IMG/VR virus record: IMGVR_UViG_2836824207_000004
Coordinates: 10,278-74,277 of that record
Origin: a virus
Lineage: Duplodnaviria; Heunggongvirae; Uroviricota; Caudoviricetes
Strand: one strand, 5' to 3'
Length of the DNA: 64,000 nucleotides
Shown: positions 45,050 to 52,964 of the stretch, one piece after another
Layout of the letters: the number at the start of each line of letters is the position of its first letter
How positions within the stretch are numbered: the first letter of the stretch is position 1
Position numbers and translations under genes: made by a program
Notes under the pieces: model-generated
Told to the model about the DNA's origin: nothing
Databases searched by the model: none
The model's input: only the letters and a program-made list of their open reading frames with translations

Positions 45050-45457
45050 ATGGATATGTCCTCTATTTTCACTTCTGTCAAAACCACGCTTGATTTGCTC
45101 TCTGGTTTTGAGAGTAACGCTGTCTTGAGTGAGCGTGTTGCTTTGCTCAAGGATCAAATTGAAATACTCAGATATGCTCACGAAACGGCTCAAAAAGAAC
45201 TGTCCGAATATAAAGAAAAGTGTGCCGCACTTGAGAATGAAATAGCGAGTTATCGCCAAGCTGAACAATTTATCTTTGAACATGGTGCGGCGTTTAAAAA
45301 AACCTCTAGCGGGTACATCGAAGCGGTTTATTGCCCAAACTGTCTCACGGTCGCAGGAGGAAGTTTCAGCACATTCCCGTTTCAGTGTGGAAAATGTAAG
45401 TGGCGAAGCATGTTTAAGGTTTCTGAATTTAAAGGCATCTTTAAATCTCTGCCGTAA
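45050..45457 (+). CDS. coiled-coil plus zinc-ribbon protein (135 aa) on the strand opposite to the early operon
   Basis: CPNC...CGKC ribbon and heptad coiled coil. Own TACAAT -10 element upstream. The overlapping minus-strand ORF 44987-45463 is low-complexity. Confidence 0.5.
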   Translation: MDMSSIFTSVKTTLDLLSGFESNAVLSERVALLKDQIEILRYAHETAQKELSEYKEKCAALENEIASYRQAEQFIFEHGAAFKKTSSGYIEAVYCPNCLTVAGGSFSTFPFQCGKCKWRSMFKVSEFKGIFKSLP

Positions 45458-45474
45458 GCTCATTTTCTATCTCC

Positions 45475-45915
45475 CTATTGCTTATGAATAGCAATCGCCA
45501 CTTCGATCGCTTTTGCCGTGGTCTGTTGTGATTTGTGCAATAACTTATGCAACACATCTTGCTCTTCCTGCGTCAGTACGCCGTCGCTCAAAAACTCGTT
45601 GAGCTTGGCAAATAAAATCCCACGCTCTGCCAGTTCTTGCAGTTGTAACTGCGATAGCTCGACTAAGTCAGTTTCGTTTTCGTTCGGTACAGCAAAACTC
45701 ACCTTGCCTAAACGCCGATTGATTTCATCCGACCAATTACTTACGCCATATTCAAGCTCAATGGCAATCAATTCTTCGCAGGTGAAACGCTGTCCTTTCG
45801 TTTGATAAAGGCGGTTATTCAATGCCTGCTCTGTCATACCAAGAAAGCCCGCAACGGCTGCTTTTCCGCCTTGGCACTTTTCTATCATTTCAATAATCGT
45901 TTTCTTCATTGCCAT
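45475..45915 (-). CDS. CII-like HTH regulatory protein (146 aa)
   Basis: HTH KAAVAGFLGMTEQALNNRL. Located between the cro-like gene and the replication genes. Confidence 0.45.
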   Translation of the reverse strand: MAMKKTIIEMIEKCQGGKAAVAGFLGMTEQALNNRLYQTKGQRFTCEELIAIELEYGVSNWSDEINRRLGKVSFAVPNENETDLVELSQLQLQELAERGILFAKLNEFLSDGVLTQEEQDVLHKLLHKSQQTTAKAIEVAIAIHKQ

Positions 45916-45963
45916 AAATTCCTTGTGGATTTTGTGGTTTTGTTTTTGGGTGGGTTTGGTAAA

Positions 45964-46161
45964 TTAATCCTGAAATTCTGGGAAGAGCTCTCTTTTAGAT
46001 AGCCCTGTTACTTCTTTCCACTTATCCGCAGAAATATCTTGCGTAGAGATCCTTCCCCCAGATTTTTTCATTCTATAAATGAATTGAGAATTTTTGCCTA
46101 GAGCTTTAGCAAGTTTGGCTTGTGAGCCAACAGCCAAGATTGCTTTTTCTATTGGTGTCAT
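45964..46161 (-). CDS. Cro-like HTH repressor
   Basis: MTPIEKAILAVGSQAKLAKALGKNSQFIYRMKK is a Cro/YdaS-type HTH. Transcribed divergently from the CI-like gene. Confidence 0.6.
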   Translation of the reverse strand: MTPIEKAILAVGSQAKLAKALGKNSQFIYRMKKSGGRISTQDISADKWKEVTGLSKRELFPEFQD

Positions 46162-46266
46162 AAATAACCTCAACTATAAATTTAATTGCAATCAACAAAT
46201 GATAAATCAAGAGTTGATTTTTGTAAACATTTAATTTATTGAAAAACTAAATAATTTATTTAATCT

Positions 46267-46746
46267 ATGCAAAATCAAAACAAGGAGAAGCAAATGGAAA
46301 GTTTGGAGCATCAAGAAGTAGAACTAAGTCTGAAAGATCAGCTCGTTATTAAGCGTTTAGAGCAAATGGTTAAAGAAATTGGAAGTAAAATCGGATTAGC
46401 AAAAATAGCAGATGTATCTCCTCAAGCCGTAAATAACTGGTTTAAGAATGGCAAGGTCAGTGTTGATTCAGCACTAAAGTTACACAAGCACTTTGGCTAT
46501 CCTGTTGAGTGGATATTAGGGAAGGATAATAGCGATAATTCAGTTATATCTGGTAATAAATCACTAAATGTCGTTGGTACAACAATGAATGGCGGTTTGG
46601 TAAATCAAGTAAATAATGAAGGCACTTTGTATACAGAAGATTTGGTTGAGATCAAAGCTCAATTGGCACGCCTTGAGACTAAATTGGATCTATTGCAGCG
46701 TATTGAAACTAAAATTGATGTAATACTAATGCAGAAAGAAAAATGA
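46267..46746 (+). CDS. CI-like repressor, XRE HTH plus coiled-coil C-terminus, no S24 peptidase domain
   Basis: HTH LAKIADVSPQAVNNWFKNGKVSVDSALKL. The C-terminus lacks the LexA-type Ser/Lys motifs. Confidence 0.65.
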   Translation: MQNQNKEKQMESLEHQEVELSLKDQLVIKRLEQMVKEIGSKIGLAKIADVSPQAVNNWFKNGKVSVDSALKLHKHFGYPVEWILGKDNSDNSVISGNKSLNVVGTTMNGGLVNQVNNEGTLYTEDLVEIKAQLARLETKLDLLQRIETKIDVILMQKEK

Positions 46747-47081
46747 AAAACATAGCCAAACGAATTAAAGAAATCAGAGAACGAAAAGGTATATCAAGAG
46801 AAGATCTTGCTGATAACCTACATTTGTCTGTAGAAACATTGATCGGTTATGAAGAGGGATTAACCAAATTATCTACTGACTTAATCAGCGAGTTTGCTTT
46901 TGTTGATGAACATGGAGAATTATTCATTAAACGCCTACAACAAGTGCCGAATGGCGGAATAAAAATTTTATCGGACAATCCTCACTACGCCCCATTAGAT
47001 TTTACTCAAGAGGAATTGGAACGTTGTTACATTATGGGAAAATTGGTCAAAGCACTGCCATTACATATGATTGATCTATAA
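46743..47081 (+). CDS. XRE-family HTH protein (112 aa) co-transcribed with the repressor
   Basis: ATGA overlap with the repressor gene. HTH RIKEIRERKGISREDLADNLHLSVETL. Confidence 0.55.
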   Translation: MKNIAKRIKEIRERKGISREDLADNLHLSVETLIGYEEGLTKLSTDLISEFAFVDEHGELFIKRLQQVPNGGIKILSDNPHYAPLDFTQEELERCYIMGKLVKALPLHMIDL

Positions 47082-47093
47082 ACTCAAACATAA

Positions 47094-47230
47094 TGGGCGT
47101 GGCGGTTGAGCATAGGAGTTATTTGTAACCACCAAACCAGTAATTGAATTTTATTGGGTGTGGCGGTTGAGCATAGGCTGGAGCTGTAACAATAGTCCAC
47201 CAAAGCCAGAAGTTGAATTTTGTGGGCTAG
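47094..47230 (+). repeat. about 2.1 tandem copies of a ~62-bp repeat (TGGGYGTGGCGGTTGAGCATAGG...TTGAATTTT)
   Basis: Direct repeat units at 47094 and 47155, with a partial third at 47222. Confidence 0.6.
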
Positions 47231-47302
47231 GTAAAAGAACGAATAGAGCTTTGTAGCAACTAGAAGAGCGAATATCAATGATATAAAGTTTAAAGGAACG
47301 AT

Positions 47303-47842
47303 ATGGCAAGTATTGAAGATATTATTATTCCCCAGCAAGAAATCAATCATATCATGGCGATAGAAAAACAAATTCATTTTAAAGGAGCCACATGGGGGAA
47401 AAAACAAAAAACTCAGCCTTATCCTTATTGGCTTGAGTTAAAGCTTCCGTTCTTCGATAGTGATGGATTACCTATACCTCAGCTTAGGGCCTATTTTGCC
47501 TATCGTCCTGCTCGTAGAGAAAATTTAATGCCATCGATGAACTTTATTGCTTTTTATAAAAACAGACGGTTATTTGCTATTGATCAAGGTGAAAAGTTAG
47601 TTCATGTAAATAAAATAACTCATGTAAAGCCCATAGCCGAAAGCCGTATTTGTGGTGCTCACTACCACATTCTACACGGTAAAGAAAACCAAGAAACGGG
47701 CTATTTACTAGATGAAAAATATCAAAAATCAAATGATTTTTTTGAATTGATGTGCTATTTTCTAGCAAAATTTAATACTGTCGCAGTGGGGCAAATTCCT
47801 CACCCAATCTTATCAAACAACGGACAAATGGAGCTATTATGA
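47303..47842 (+). CDS. hypothetical protein (179 aa), first gene of the rex-position pair
   Basis: Track ORF. No recognised domain. Confidence 0.55.
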   Translation: MASIEDIIIPQQEINHIMAIEKQIHFKGATWGKKQKTQPYPYWLELKLPFFDSDGLPIPQLRAYFAYRPARRENLMPSMNFIAFYKNRRLFAIDQGEKLVHVNKITHVKPIAESRICGAHYHILHGKENQETGYLLDEKYQKSNDFFELMCYFLAKFNTVAVGQIPHPILSNNGQMELL

Positions 47843-48603
47843 TATGCAGCACAGTCTTATCCAATCTAGGCTATGAATGTCATTCTATTGCCGATGATTT
47901 GATTTTAATTAATACCCCTTTCACTCTTGAAGATGGTAGCGTTATTCAGGCATACATTGAACAAGTGGGAGAAAATCGTTTTACTGTCACTGACGATGCT
48001 CAAACTTTGTGGGAAATGAACGCTCGAGGAATCAATCTAACCACTAACCGTATCGACCAAATAAAAAGCACGTTAAAACGTTACGGATTAAACTTGAACG
48101 ATCGAGCGGAAATCAACACGACAACAAGCGGTGAAATGCTTACACATAATTTGCAACGCATCATTCAAGCGGCAATTATCACAGATACGCTTGCTATGGA
48201 TTGGTACAACGTGCCAATAGATAAATTCGAGATGATGGTAAAGTCTGATTTTCGCCATCATCAATTCCCTCAAAATATCGGATTTGATGTGAAAAAATCA
48301 GGATTGAGCGGTCATCAAATTACAATCCCAATTTCATTAACCGGCGGAGAGCGACACACCAAACAGATTTTTACAACGAGTGTAAAAGCAAAAGGCAGTT
48401 GGAGCAGTGCTTATGGCGTTCTAGGTAAAATAATGGATCTGACCAATCCAACAGCACAAACAAATGATGAATCTTATGTGGTCATTGATGATAAAGCAGT
48501 AGGTGATCAATTAAATAAACTTATTCTGCTCTTTAATCAATCTCCGGCAAAGATTCTGCCTTATGATAAAAAAGATATTTGGCTTGAAAAACTCGCCGCT
48601 TAA
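47839..48603 (+). CDS. hypothetical protein (254 aa), second gene of the rex-position pair
   Basis: Start overlaps the upstream stop (ATGA), so the two are translationally coupled. A terminator follows. Confidence 0.55.
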   Translation: MICSTVLSNLGYECHSIADDLILINTPFTLEDGSVIQAYIEQVGENRFTVTDDAQTLWEMNARGINLTTNRIDQIKSTLKRYGLNLNDRAEINTTTSGEMLTHNLQRIIQAAIITDTLAMDWYNVPIDKFEMMVKSDFRHHQFPQNIGFDVKKSGLSGHQITIPISLTGGERHTKQIFTTSVKAKGSWSSAYGVLGKIMDLTNPTAQTNDESYVVIDDKAVGDQLNKLILLFNQSPAKILPYDKKDIWLEKLAA

Positions 48604-48610
48604 AACATCA

Positions 48611-48636
48611 AACCGCCCCCACGGCGGTTTTCTTTT
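48611..48636 (+). terminator. Rho-independent terminator
   Basis: aaccgcc-cccac-ggcggtt followed by TTTC TTTT. Confidence 0.65.
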
Positions 48637-48894
48637 GCCTCAAATCCCTTAGAACCATTTTCGTGACGCCACGAAAATGGTATTCCAGCAAAATTCATTT
48701 CTCAATTTCCACTTTTTTACGCCTTCTTTGTTTAAAAGATAAGCAATTAAACAAATTTTTTCAAATTATTTTCCTTTAAAAATCAACAATATATTTACTT
48801 TTGGTGTAAATTTTATATTTATTTGATAAATTAAATATTTACAAATAATTAAATTTTTGATTTAATACCCCCATCAAAACGAAACAACGTTTAA

Positions 48895-48908
48895 TGCTCT
48901 TTAACAAT
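48895..48908 (+). promoter_or_regulatory. boxA-like antitermination element TGCTCTTTAACAAT (copy 1), with hairpin 48924-48943
   Basis: 14/14 match to the start of E. coli rrn boxA (TGCTCTTTAACAATTTA). A hairpin agccctg-cggtaa-cagggct lies 15 nt downstream, the spacing expected for a nut site. Confidence 0.5.
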
Positions 48909-48950
48909 CAAGATGAAATAAAAAGCCCTGCGGTAACAGGGCTTGGATAA

Positions 48951-49121
48951 TTAAACTTCGCGAACAGGTGTTTGTCGGTTAGTGTCCATAACAAGCCCGA
49001 TACAATGTAAGCAGTTTTGTTTGGTCGTATAACCTTCACTTTGAGCTATAGGTTCGTGATTGGCGGCTTTTAGTCGCCAATACCACTGACCATTAACACC
49101 TTTGAAAATTTCAAAATACAT
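48951..49121 (-). CDS. DUF1508 (YegP-like) small protein (56 aa)
   Basis: MYFEIFKGVNGQWYWRLKAANHEPIAQSEGYTTKQNCLHCIGLV fits the DUF1508 repeat. Confidence 0.7.
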   Translation of the reverse strand: MYFEIFKGVNGQWYWRLKAANHEPIAQSEGYTTKQNCLHCIGLVMDTNRQTPVREV

Positions 49122-49135
49122 AGAGGTAACTCCTT

Positions 49136-49357
49136 ATGCAAAACGAAATGAAACGCTATGCAATTTCTTACTTCTTCAAAGGAAAGAAGTGGTGTTCAGA
49201 TGTCTACGCCAACTCATTTGAAGAAGCACAAGAAAAAGTCAAAGCAATGTCCCAAGCAACTATTGATGGTGAGCTTTACTGTTCAATATATGTTCCAGTC
49301 AAGCCACAATCACGCATTGCAAGGTTGCTTTTAAAGCTACTACATAAATTTAGCTAA
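49136..49357 (+). CDS. hypothetical protein (73 aa)
   Basis: Track ORF with an AGGTAA-like RBS. Confidence 0.45.
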   Translation: MQNEMKRYAISYFFKGKKWCSDVYANSFEEAQEKVKAMSQATIDGELYCSIYVPVKPQSRIARLLLKLLHKFS

Positions 49358-49381
49358 TTCAATATTTCATCTTGGTGATGA

Positions 49382-49395
49382 TGCTCTTTAACAAT
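49382..49395 (+). promoter_or_regulatory. boxA-like element TGCTCTTTAACAATTTAGAAC (copy 2)
   Basis: 17/20 identical to rrnB boxA. Confidence 0.5.
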
Positions 49396-49613
49396 TTAGA
49401 ACCCACTCCCCTTTTTACAAAAGGAAGCCGAAAGGTTGGCAAGTCTGTGCCAGTGGGGCTGAGGCAAACAGGCTTATTTATTCAATGCCGTATTTACGGA
49501 GAACCAAGGCAGCAGAACCGAGAGGAATGCAATGCAAAGAATCAACCGTGATACCGAGCCGAGATGAACGTTAGACAAGTGCGGCATTGAATAAATAACA
49601 ACAACGGAGGTGA

Positions 49614-49931
49614 ATGATGAATATCGTCATTGAACGTAACCCAGCGAGCAAAAAATACTGCGAAAAGGCAGAAATTCGCTCAATGGGCAAGGCTGGCAGA
49701 TTAGCAAGAATGTTTGCCAAATCTCGCCAGAAAAAAATCAAAACGGGAAAACCTGACCGAATTAAGACCGCACTTGTAATGTTGCCGATTCCGTCAAAAT
49801 CCCAAATTGAAAAAGCGGCGGCTCAATTTCAAGCCGTCAAACCGAATTACCACAAAGGCGAAATCGGCGTAAATACCGTGCGGGCCACACAAAAAATCCG
49901 CCGTGGTTGTCAGGAGTTAATGAGGATTTAG
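49614..49931 (+). CDS. small basic protein (105 aa); N-like antiterminator is only a guess
   Basis: Lys/Arg-rich. First sizeable ORF after the second boxA. Confidence 0.45.
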   Translation: MMNIVIERNPASKKYCEKAEIRSMGKAGRLARMFAKSRQKKIKTGKPDRIKTALVMLPIPSKSQIEKAAAQFQAVKPNYHKGEIGVNTVRATQKIRRGCQELMRI

Positions 49932-49934
49932 ACG

Positions 49935-50192
49935 ATGAAAAATAAAATTACTGATTTAAACAACCATCTTTTTAGTCAATTAGAAAAATTGTTAGATGAA
50001 GATTTAACAGATGAAGAATTAAAAAGGGAAATTGCTAGAGCGAATGCGGTATCTGGTATTGCATCGAATATCATTCAAAATTCTAATACAGCCATTAAAG
50101 CAATGCAGCTTTTCGGTGACCGCACTATTGAGGCAGATGCACCCGATTTTTTAAGAATATCAAAGGCACAAAATGACAAAAAAACGCTTTAG
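49935..50192 (+). CDS. hypothetical protein (85 aa)
   Basis: Track ORF. Confidence 0.45.
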   Translation: MKNKITDLNNHLFSQLEKLLDEDLTDEELKREIARANAVSGIASNIIQNSNTAIKAMQLFGDRTIEADAPDFLRISKAQNDKKTL

Positions 50193-50880
50193 GTTTACTG
50201 ATGAACATATTGCTTTTATCCGTGAACATAAAGATTTAGCTCCTAAAGATCTCATTCAGGCCTTTTATCAACAATTTGGTTTGCTAAAGAATAGGCAGGT
50301 TTTTAGAAAGCTAAAAAAACGATTAGGAATTATCTCAACGGTTCAACATTGCAATCGATATACCAAAGAAGAGTTAGCCTTTATCAAAGAAAATTGCACT
50401 TTACCGCAAGCGGAATTAACCAAACTATTTAATCAAAAGTTTAACCGTAATCAGACCGCACAAGTAATTAGGGCACTGTGTGCTAAAAGAGGTTGGCTGA
50501 CTGGTAGAAATGGGCGATTTAAAAAAGGAGAACATTTAAAGCCTATTGGTTACGAGCGATTTTGCCCTATGGCAAAAGCCGTGTTGATAAAAACAGGAGT
50601 TAAGCGTTATGAAAGAAAATCACACGTTATCTGGGAACAAGCCTTTGGCAAAATCCCTCAAGGATTTGTTTTGTGGTTTAAAGACGGCAATATTCAAAAT
50701 TGTGAGTTATCTAATTTAGAACTAATCAGTCGTAATGAAATGCTATGGCGACATAAGCTGAATTACCACGAATTAGACAGCAGTGTGAAACAAACTTTTA
50801 ATGTGTTTATTCAACTACGAGAAAAATTGATAAAACTCAAAAAGCAACAGCAACAAAAGGACCGCATAGCAAAAGGATAA
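50173..50880 (+). CDS. HNH endonuclease (HNH_3-like)
   Basis: SHVIWEQAFGKIPQGFVLWFKDGNIQNCELSNLELISRNE is typical of HNH_3 homing-type endonucleases. Confidence 0.7.
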   Translation: MTKKRFRFTDEHIAFIREHKDLAPKDLIQAFYQQFGLLKNRQVFRKLKKRLGIISTVQHCNRYTKEELAFIKENCTLPQAELTKLFNQKFNRNQTAQVIRALCAKRGWLTGRNGRFKKGEHLKPIGYERFCPMAKAVLIKTGVKRYERKSHVIWEQAFGKIPQGFVLWFKDGNIQNCELSNLELISRNEMLWRHKLNYHELDSSVKQTFNVFIQLREKLIKLKKQQQQKDRIAKG

Positions 50881-50935
50881 GCTAAGGTGCTGTCACCACC
50901 TGAGATTGTAGGTTCAAGTCCTACTGCGGTCGCCA
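50860..50935 (+). tRNA. tRNA-like element with Asp (GUC) anticodon arm, non-canonical 5-prime half that overlaps the HNH stop
   Basis: Perfect acceptor pairing GACCGCA/TGCGGTC with a G discriminator and CCA. T-arm gtagg-ttcaagt-cctac. Anticodon arm aggtg-cuGUCac-cacct. The D-arm is one nt short and the V-loop is 6 nt. Confidence 0.3.
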
Positions 50936-50943
50936 ATTTATCA

Positions 50944-51009
50944 CAAGGCACACTGAGTCATTATCTACGGATTATTTTAGACCAATCTTCTTGCCGTAGT
51001 TAGTGTGCC
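50944..51009. repeat. nested inverted repeat (12-bp arms ACAAGGCACACT / AGTGTGCCTTGT with an inner 6-bp pair)
   Basis: Perfect 12-bp arms separated by 42 bp. Lies directly after the tRNA-like element. Confidence 0.6.
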
Positions 51010-51116
51010 TTGTCATAACTTTCATTCAAAACCGCATTCTTAGCCGCTCGTTTTTAGTCTTTTTCATCGTGGCTTTGCGTGCGGTTCTAAATGAGATGAG
51101 AAATAGGAGAAACGCA

Positions 51117-52265
51117 GTGAAAAAATATGAATTAACCGATGAATATATTGAGATCGGATTTACAACTAAAATTAAACTCTATCGCATAAAAGCTTTAGTA
51201 GCAATCGCATCAATCGGCGTTAGTGCTGGTGATTTGGGTGGCTATATTGAGAAAGAGTCAAACTTAGATCAGAGCGGCGATGCCTGGGTGTACGATAATG
51301 CCAAGGTGTACGATAATGCCAAGGTGTACGGCGATGCCGTGGTGTCCGGTAATGCCAAGGTGTCCGGTAATGCCAAGGTGTCCGGCGATGCCGTGGTGTG
51401 CGGTAATGCCGTGGTGTACGGTAATGCCAAGGTGTACGGCGATGCCAAGGTGTGCGGCGATGCCAAGGTGTACGGTGATGCCGAGGTGTACGGTGATGCC
51501 GTGGTGTGCGGTGATGCCAAGGTGTACGATAATGCCGTGGTGTGCGGTGATGCCGAGGTGTACGATAATGCCGTGGTGTCCGGTGATGCCGAGGTGTCCG
51601 GCGATGCCAAGGTGTACGGCGATGCCGTGGTGTGCGGTAATGCCGTGGTGTACGATAATGCCGAGGTGTGCGGTGATGCCGTGGTGTACGGTGATGCCGA
51701 GGTGTACGGTGATGCCAAGGTGTACGGCGATGCCGTGGTGTCCGGTGATGCCAAGGTGTCCGGCGATGCCGTGGTGTGCGGTGATGCCGTGGTGTACGGT
51801 AATGCCAAGGTGTACGGCGATGCCGTGGTGTACGGTGATGCCGTGGTGTCCGGTGATGCCGTGGTGTACGGTGATGCCGAGGTGTACGGTGATGCCAAGG
51901 TGTACGGCGATGCCGTGGTGTCCGGTGATGCCAAGGTGTCCGGCGATGCCGTGGTGTGCGGTGATGCCGTGGTGTACGGTAATGCCGTGGTGTGCGGTGA
52001 TGCCAAGGTGTACGGTAATGCCGTGGTGTGCGGTGATGCCAAAGTGTCCGAGAGATCTGATATTGTATGGTTTTCGAATGTTGGTACGGAGTACGGAACA
52101 TTAACCGTATTTAAAACTAAGCAAGGAGTATTGTGGGCTACTAGAGGATGTTTTAGTGGCTCTGTTGAGGAGTTTTTGAAAAAATCCGCGGAAGTTCACG
52201 ATGAAAAAACGAAAAGAGAATATCAACTCTTGATCGAAGTGGCTAAATCCAGATTAGGTGAATAA
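51117..52265 (+). CDS. 6-residue-repeat (beta-solenoid-like) protein, about 43 copies of V-[YSC]-G-[DN]-A-[KVE] plus unique N- and C-terminal domains
   Basis: GTG at 51117 has an AGGAGA RBS. The in-frame ATG at 51096 is an alternative start. The repeats are encoded by 18-bp tandem DNA repeats. Confidence 0.6.
   Translation: MKKYELTDEYIEIGFTTKIKLYRIKALVAIASIGVSAGDLGGYIEKESNLDQSGDAWVYDNAKVYDNAKVYGDAVVSGNAKVSGNAKVSGDAVVCGNAVVYGNAKVYGDAKVCGDAKVYGDAEVYGDAVVCGDAKVYDNAVVCGDAEVYDNAVVSGDAEVSGDAKVYGDAVVCGNAVVYDNAEVCGDAVVYGDAEVYGDAKVYGDAVVSGDAKVSGDAVVCGDAVVYGNAKVYGDAVVYGDAVVSGDAVVYGDAEVYGDAKVYGDAVVSGDAKVSGDAVVCGDAVVYGNAVVCGDAKVYGNAVVCGDAKVSERSDIVWFSNVGTEYGTLTVFKTKQGVLWATRGCFSGSVEEFLKKSAEVHDEKTKREYQLLIEVAKSRLGE
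51271..52050 (+). repeat. about 43 tandem 18-bp repeats (GGTGTACGGCGATGCCAA variants)
   Basis: Variation is concentrated at codon positions giving Y/S/C, D/N and K/V/E. All three minus and plus frames are open here, which is an artefact. Confidence 0.8.
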
Positions 52266-52318
52266 TACGCCCACACGGAAGGCGTTAAACCCGTGCAGAC
52301 ATAAATACTCCTAAGTTT

Positions 52319-52346
52319 GCCCACTGTAACAGGTGGGCTTTTTTAT
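52319..52346 (+). terminator. Rho-independent terminator
   Basis: gcccac-tgtaaca-ggtgggc followed by TTTTTT. Confidence 0.7.
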
Positions 52347-52358
52347 AGGTACAAAAAA

Positions 52359-52667
52359 ATGAAAATTTTTATTAATTTAACCGCAAAAGAAGCAACACCA
52401 GAGCAAAAATCTGCTGGTGTTATTGATGTCGATCCAGCGTTACGCCATCAATTCAACCGAGCATTAACCTTCTTCAGCCAGCCGAGCAAAGCATTGATTG
52501 AAGAGCGTGCCGCCTATCTAACCACAATGGCGGCACAACTTAATGCCGATTATGTGTTGGTTGATGCACCTCTGTTTTTAATTTCAACCCTTGAAAGCAA
52601 ACTCAAAGCAAGAGGCATTCAGCCCGTTTATTCCCTCTATCCCTATAGTGGATTTGTTGAAGTTTAG
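52359..52667 (+). CDS. hypothetical protein (102 aa)
   Basis: ATG 52359 lies downstream of the terminator. The track ORF started earlier at 52317. Confidence 0.45.
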   Translation: MKIFINLTAKEATPEQKSAGVIDVDPALRHQFNRALTFFSQPSKALIEERAAYLTTMAAQLNADYVLVDAPLFLISTLESKLKARGIQPVYSLYPYSGFVEV

Positions 52668-52688
52668 CCTGCACAGAGGAAACAAAAA

Positions 52689-52964
52689 ATGCACGACCTT
52701 ATCAAACACACAATACAAACCCTACTCTTTCTTGTTGCCACTATCGTTGTGCTTAGCCTTGCCGAAGCCTACGCACAAACAGCGGAAGATTACTACGCAA
52801 TGCAAGGTTTCAGCACTGAACAACTCGCCGAAATGGAACGCCAAGCCAACCTTGAGTGGCAACAAGAACAAGGCGACTTACCGCCCAATTTAACCGTTGA
52901 GGCTGAAAAATACCTCAAAAATTACACCGCACTTTTGCAGGAGGCGTTAGACAATGGCAAGTAA
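52689..52964 (+). CDS. small secreted protein (signal peptide)
   Basis: LLFLVATIVVLSLAEAYAQ signal sequence. Confidence 0.5.
   Translation: MHDLIKHTIQTLLFLVATIVVLSLAEAYAQTAEDYYAMQGFSTEQLAEMERQANLEWQQEQGDLPPNLTVEAEKYLKNYTALLQEALDNGK

Noticed and set aside
44987-45463. Minus-strand 158-aa ORF overlapping the zinc-ribbon gene
   Set aside because: It is low-complexity and Phe-rich and has no motif. The plus-strand ORF has a coiled coil, a Cys4 ribbon, and its own -10 element.
47084-47407. Minus-strand 107-aa ORF across the 62-bp repeats
   Set aside because: It runs through the tandem repeat and the start of the 179-aa gene on the opposite strand. It has no RBS or domain.
51271-52050. A regular short direct repeat array that could be mistaken for CRISPR
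   Set aside because: The units are contiguous with no spacers, are in frame, and code a 6-residue protein repeat. There are no cas genes.
51220-52104. Track ORFs 51220-52101 (-), 51269-52042 (-) and 51280-52104 (+) with Pro/Arg/His-rich repeats
   Set aside because: All are alternative frames of the 18-bp tandem repeat. Only the plus-strand frame continuous with the unique N- and C-terminal domains and an RBS (51096/51117-52265) is plausible.
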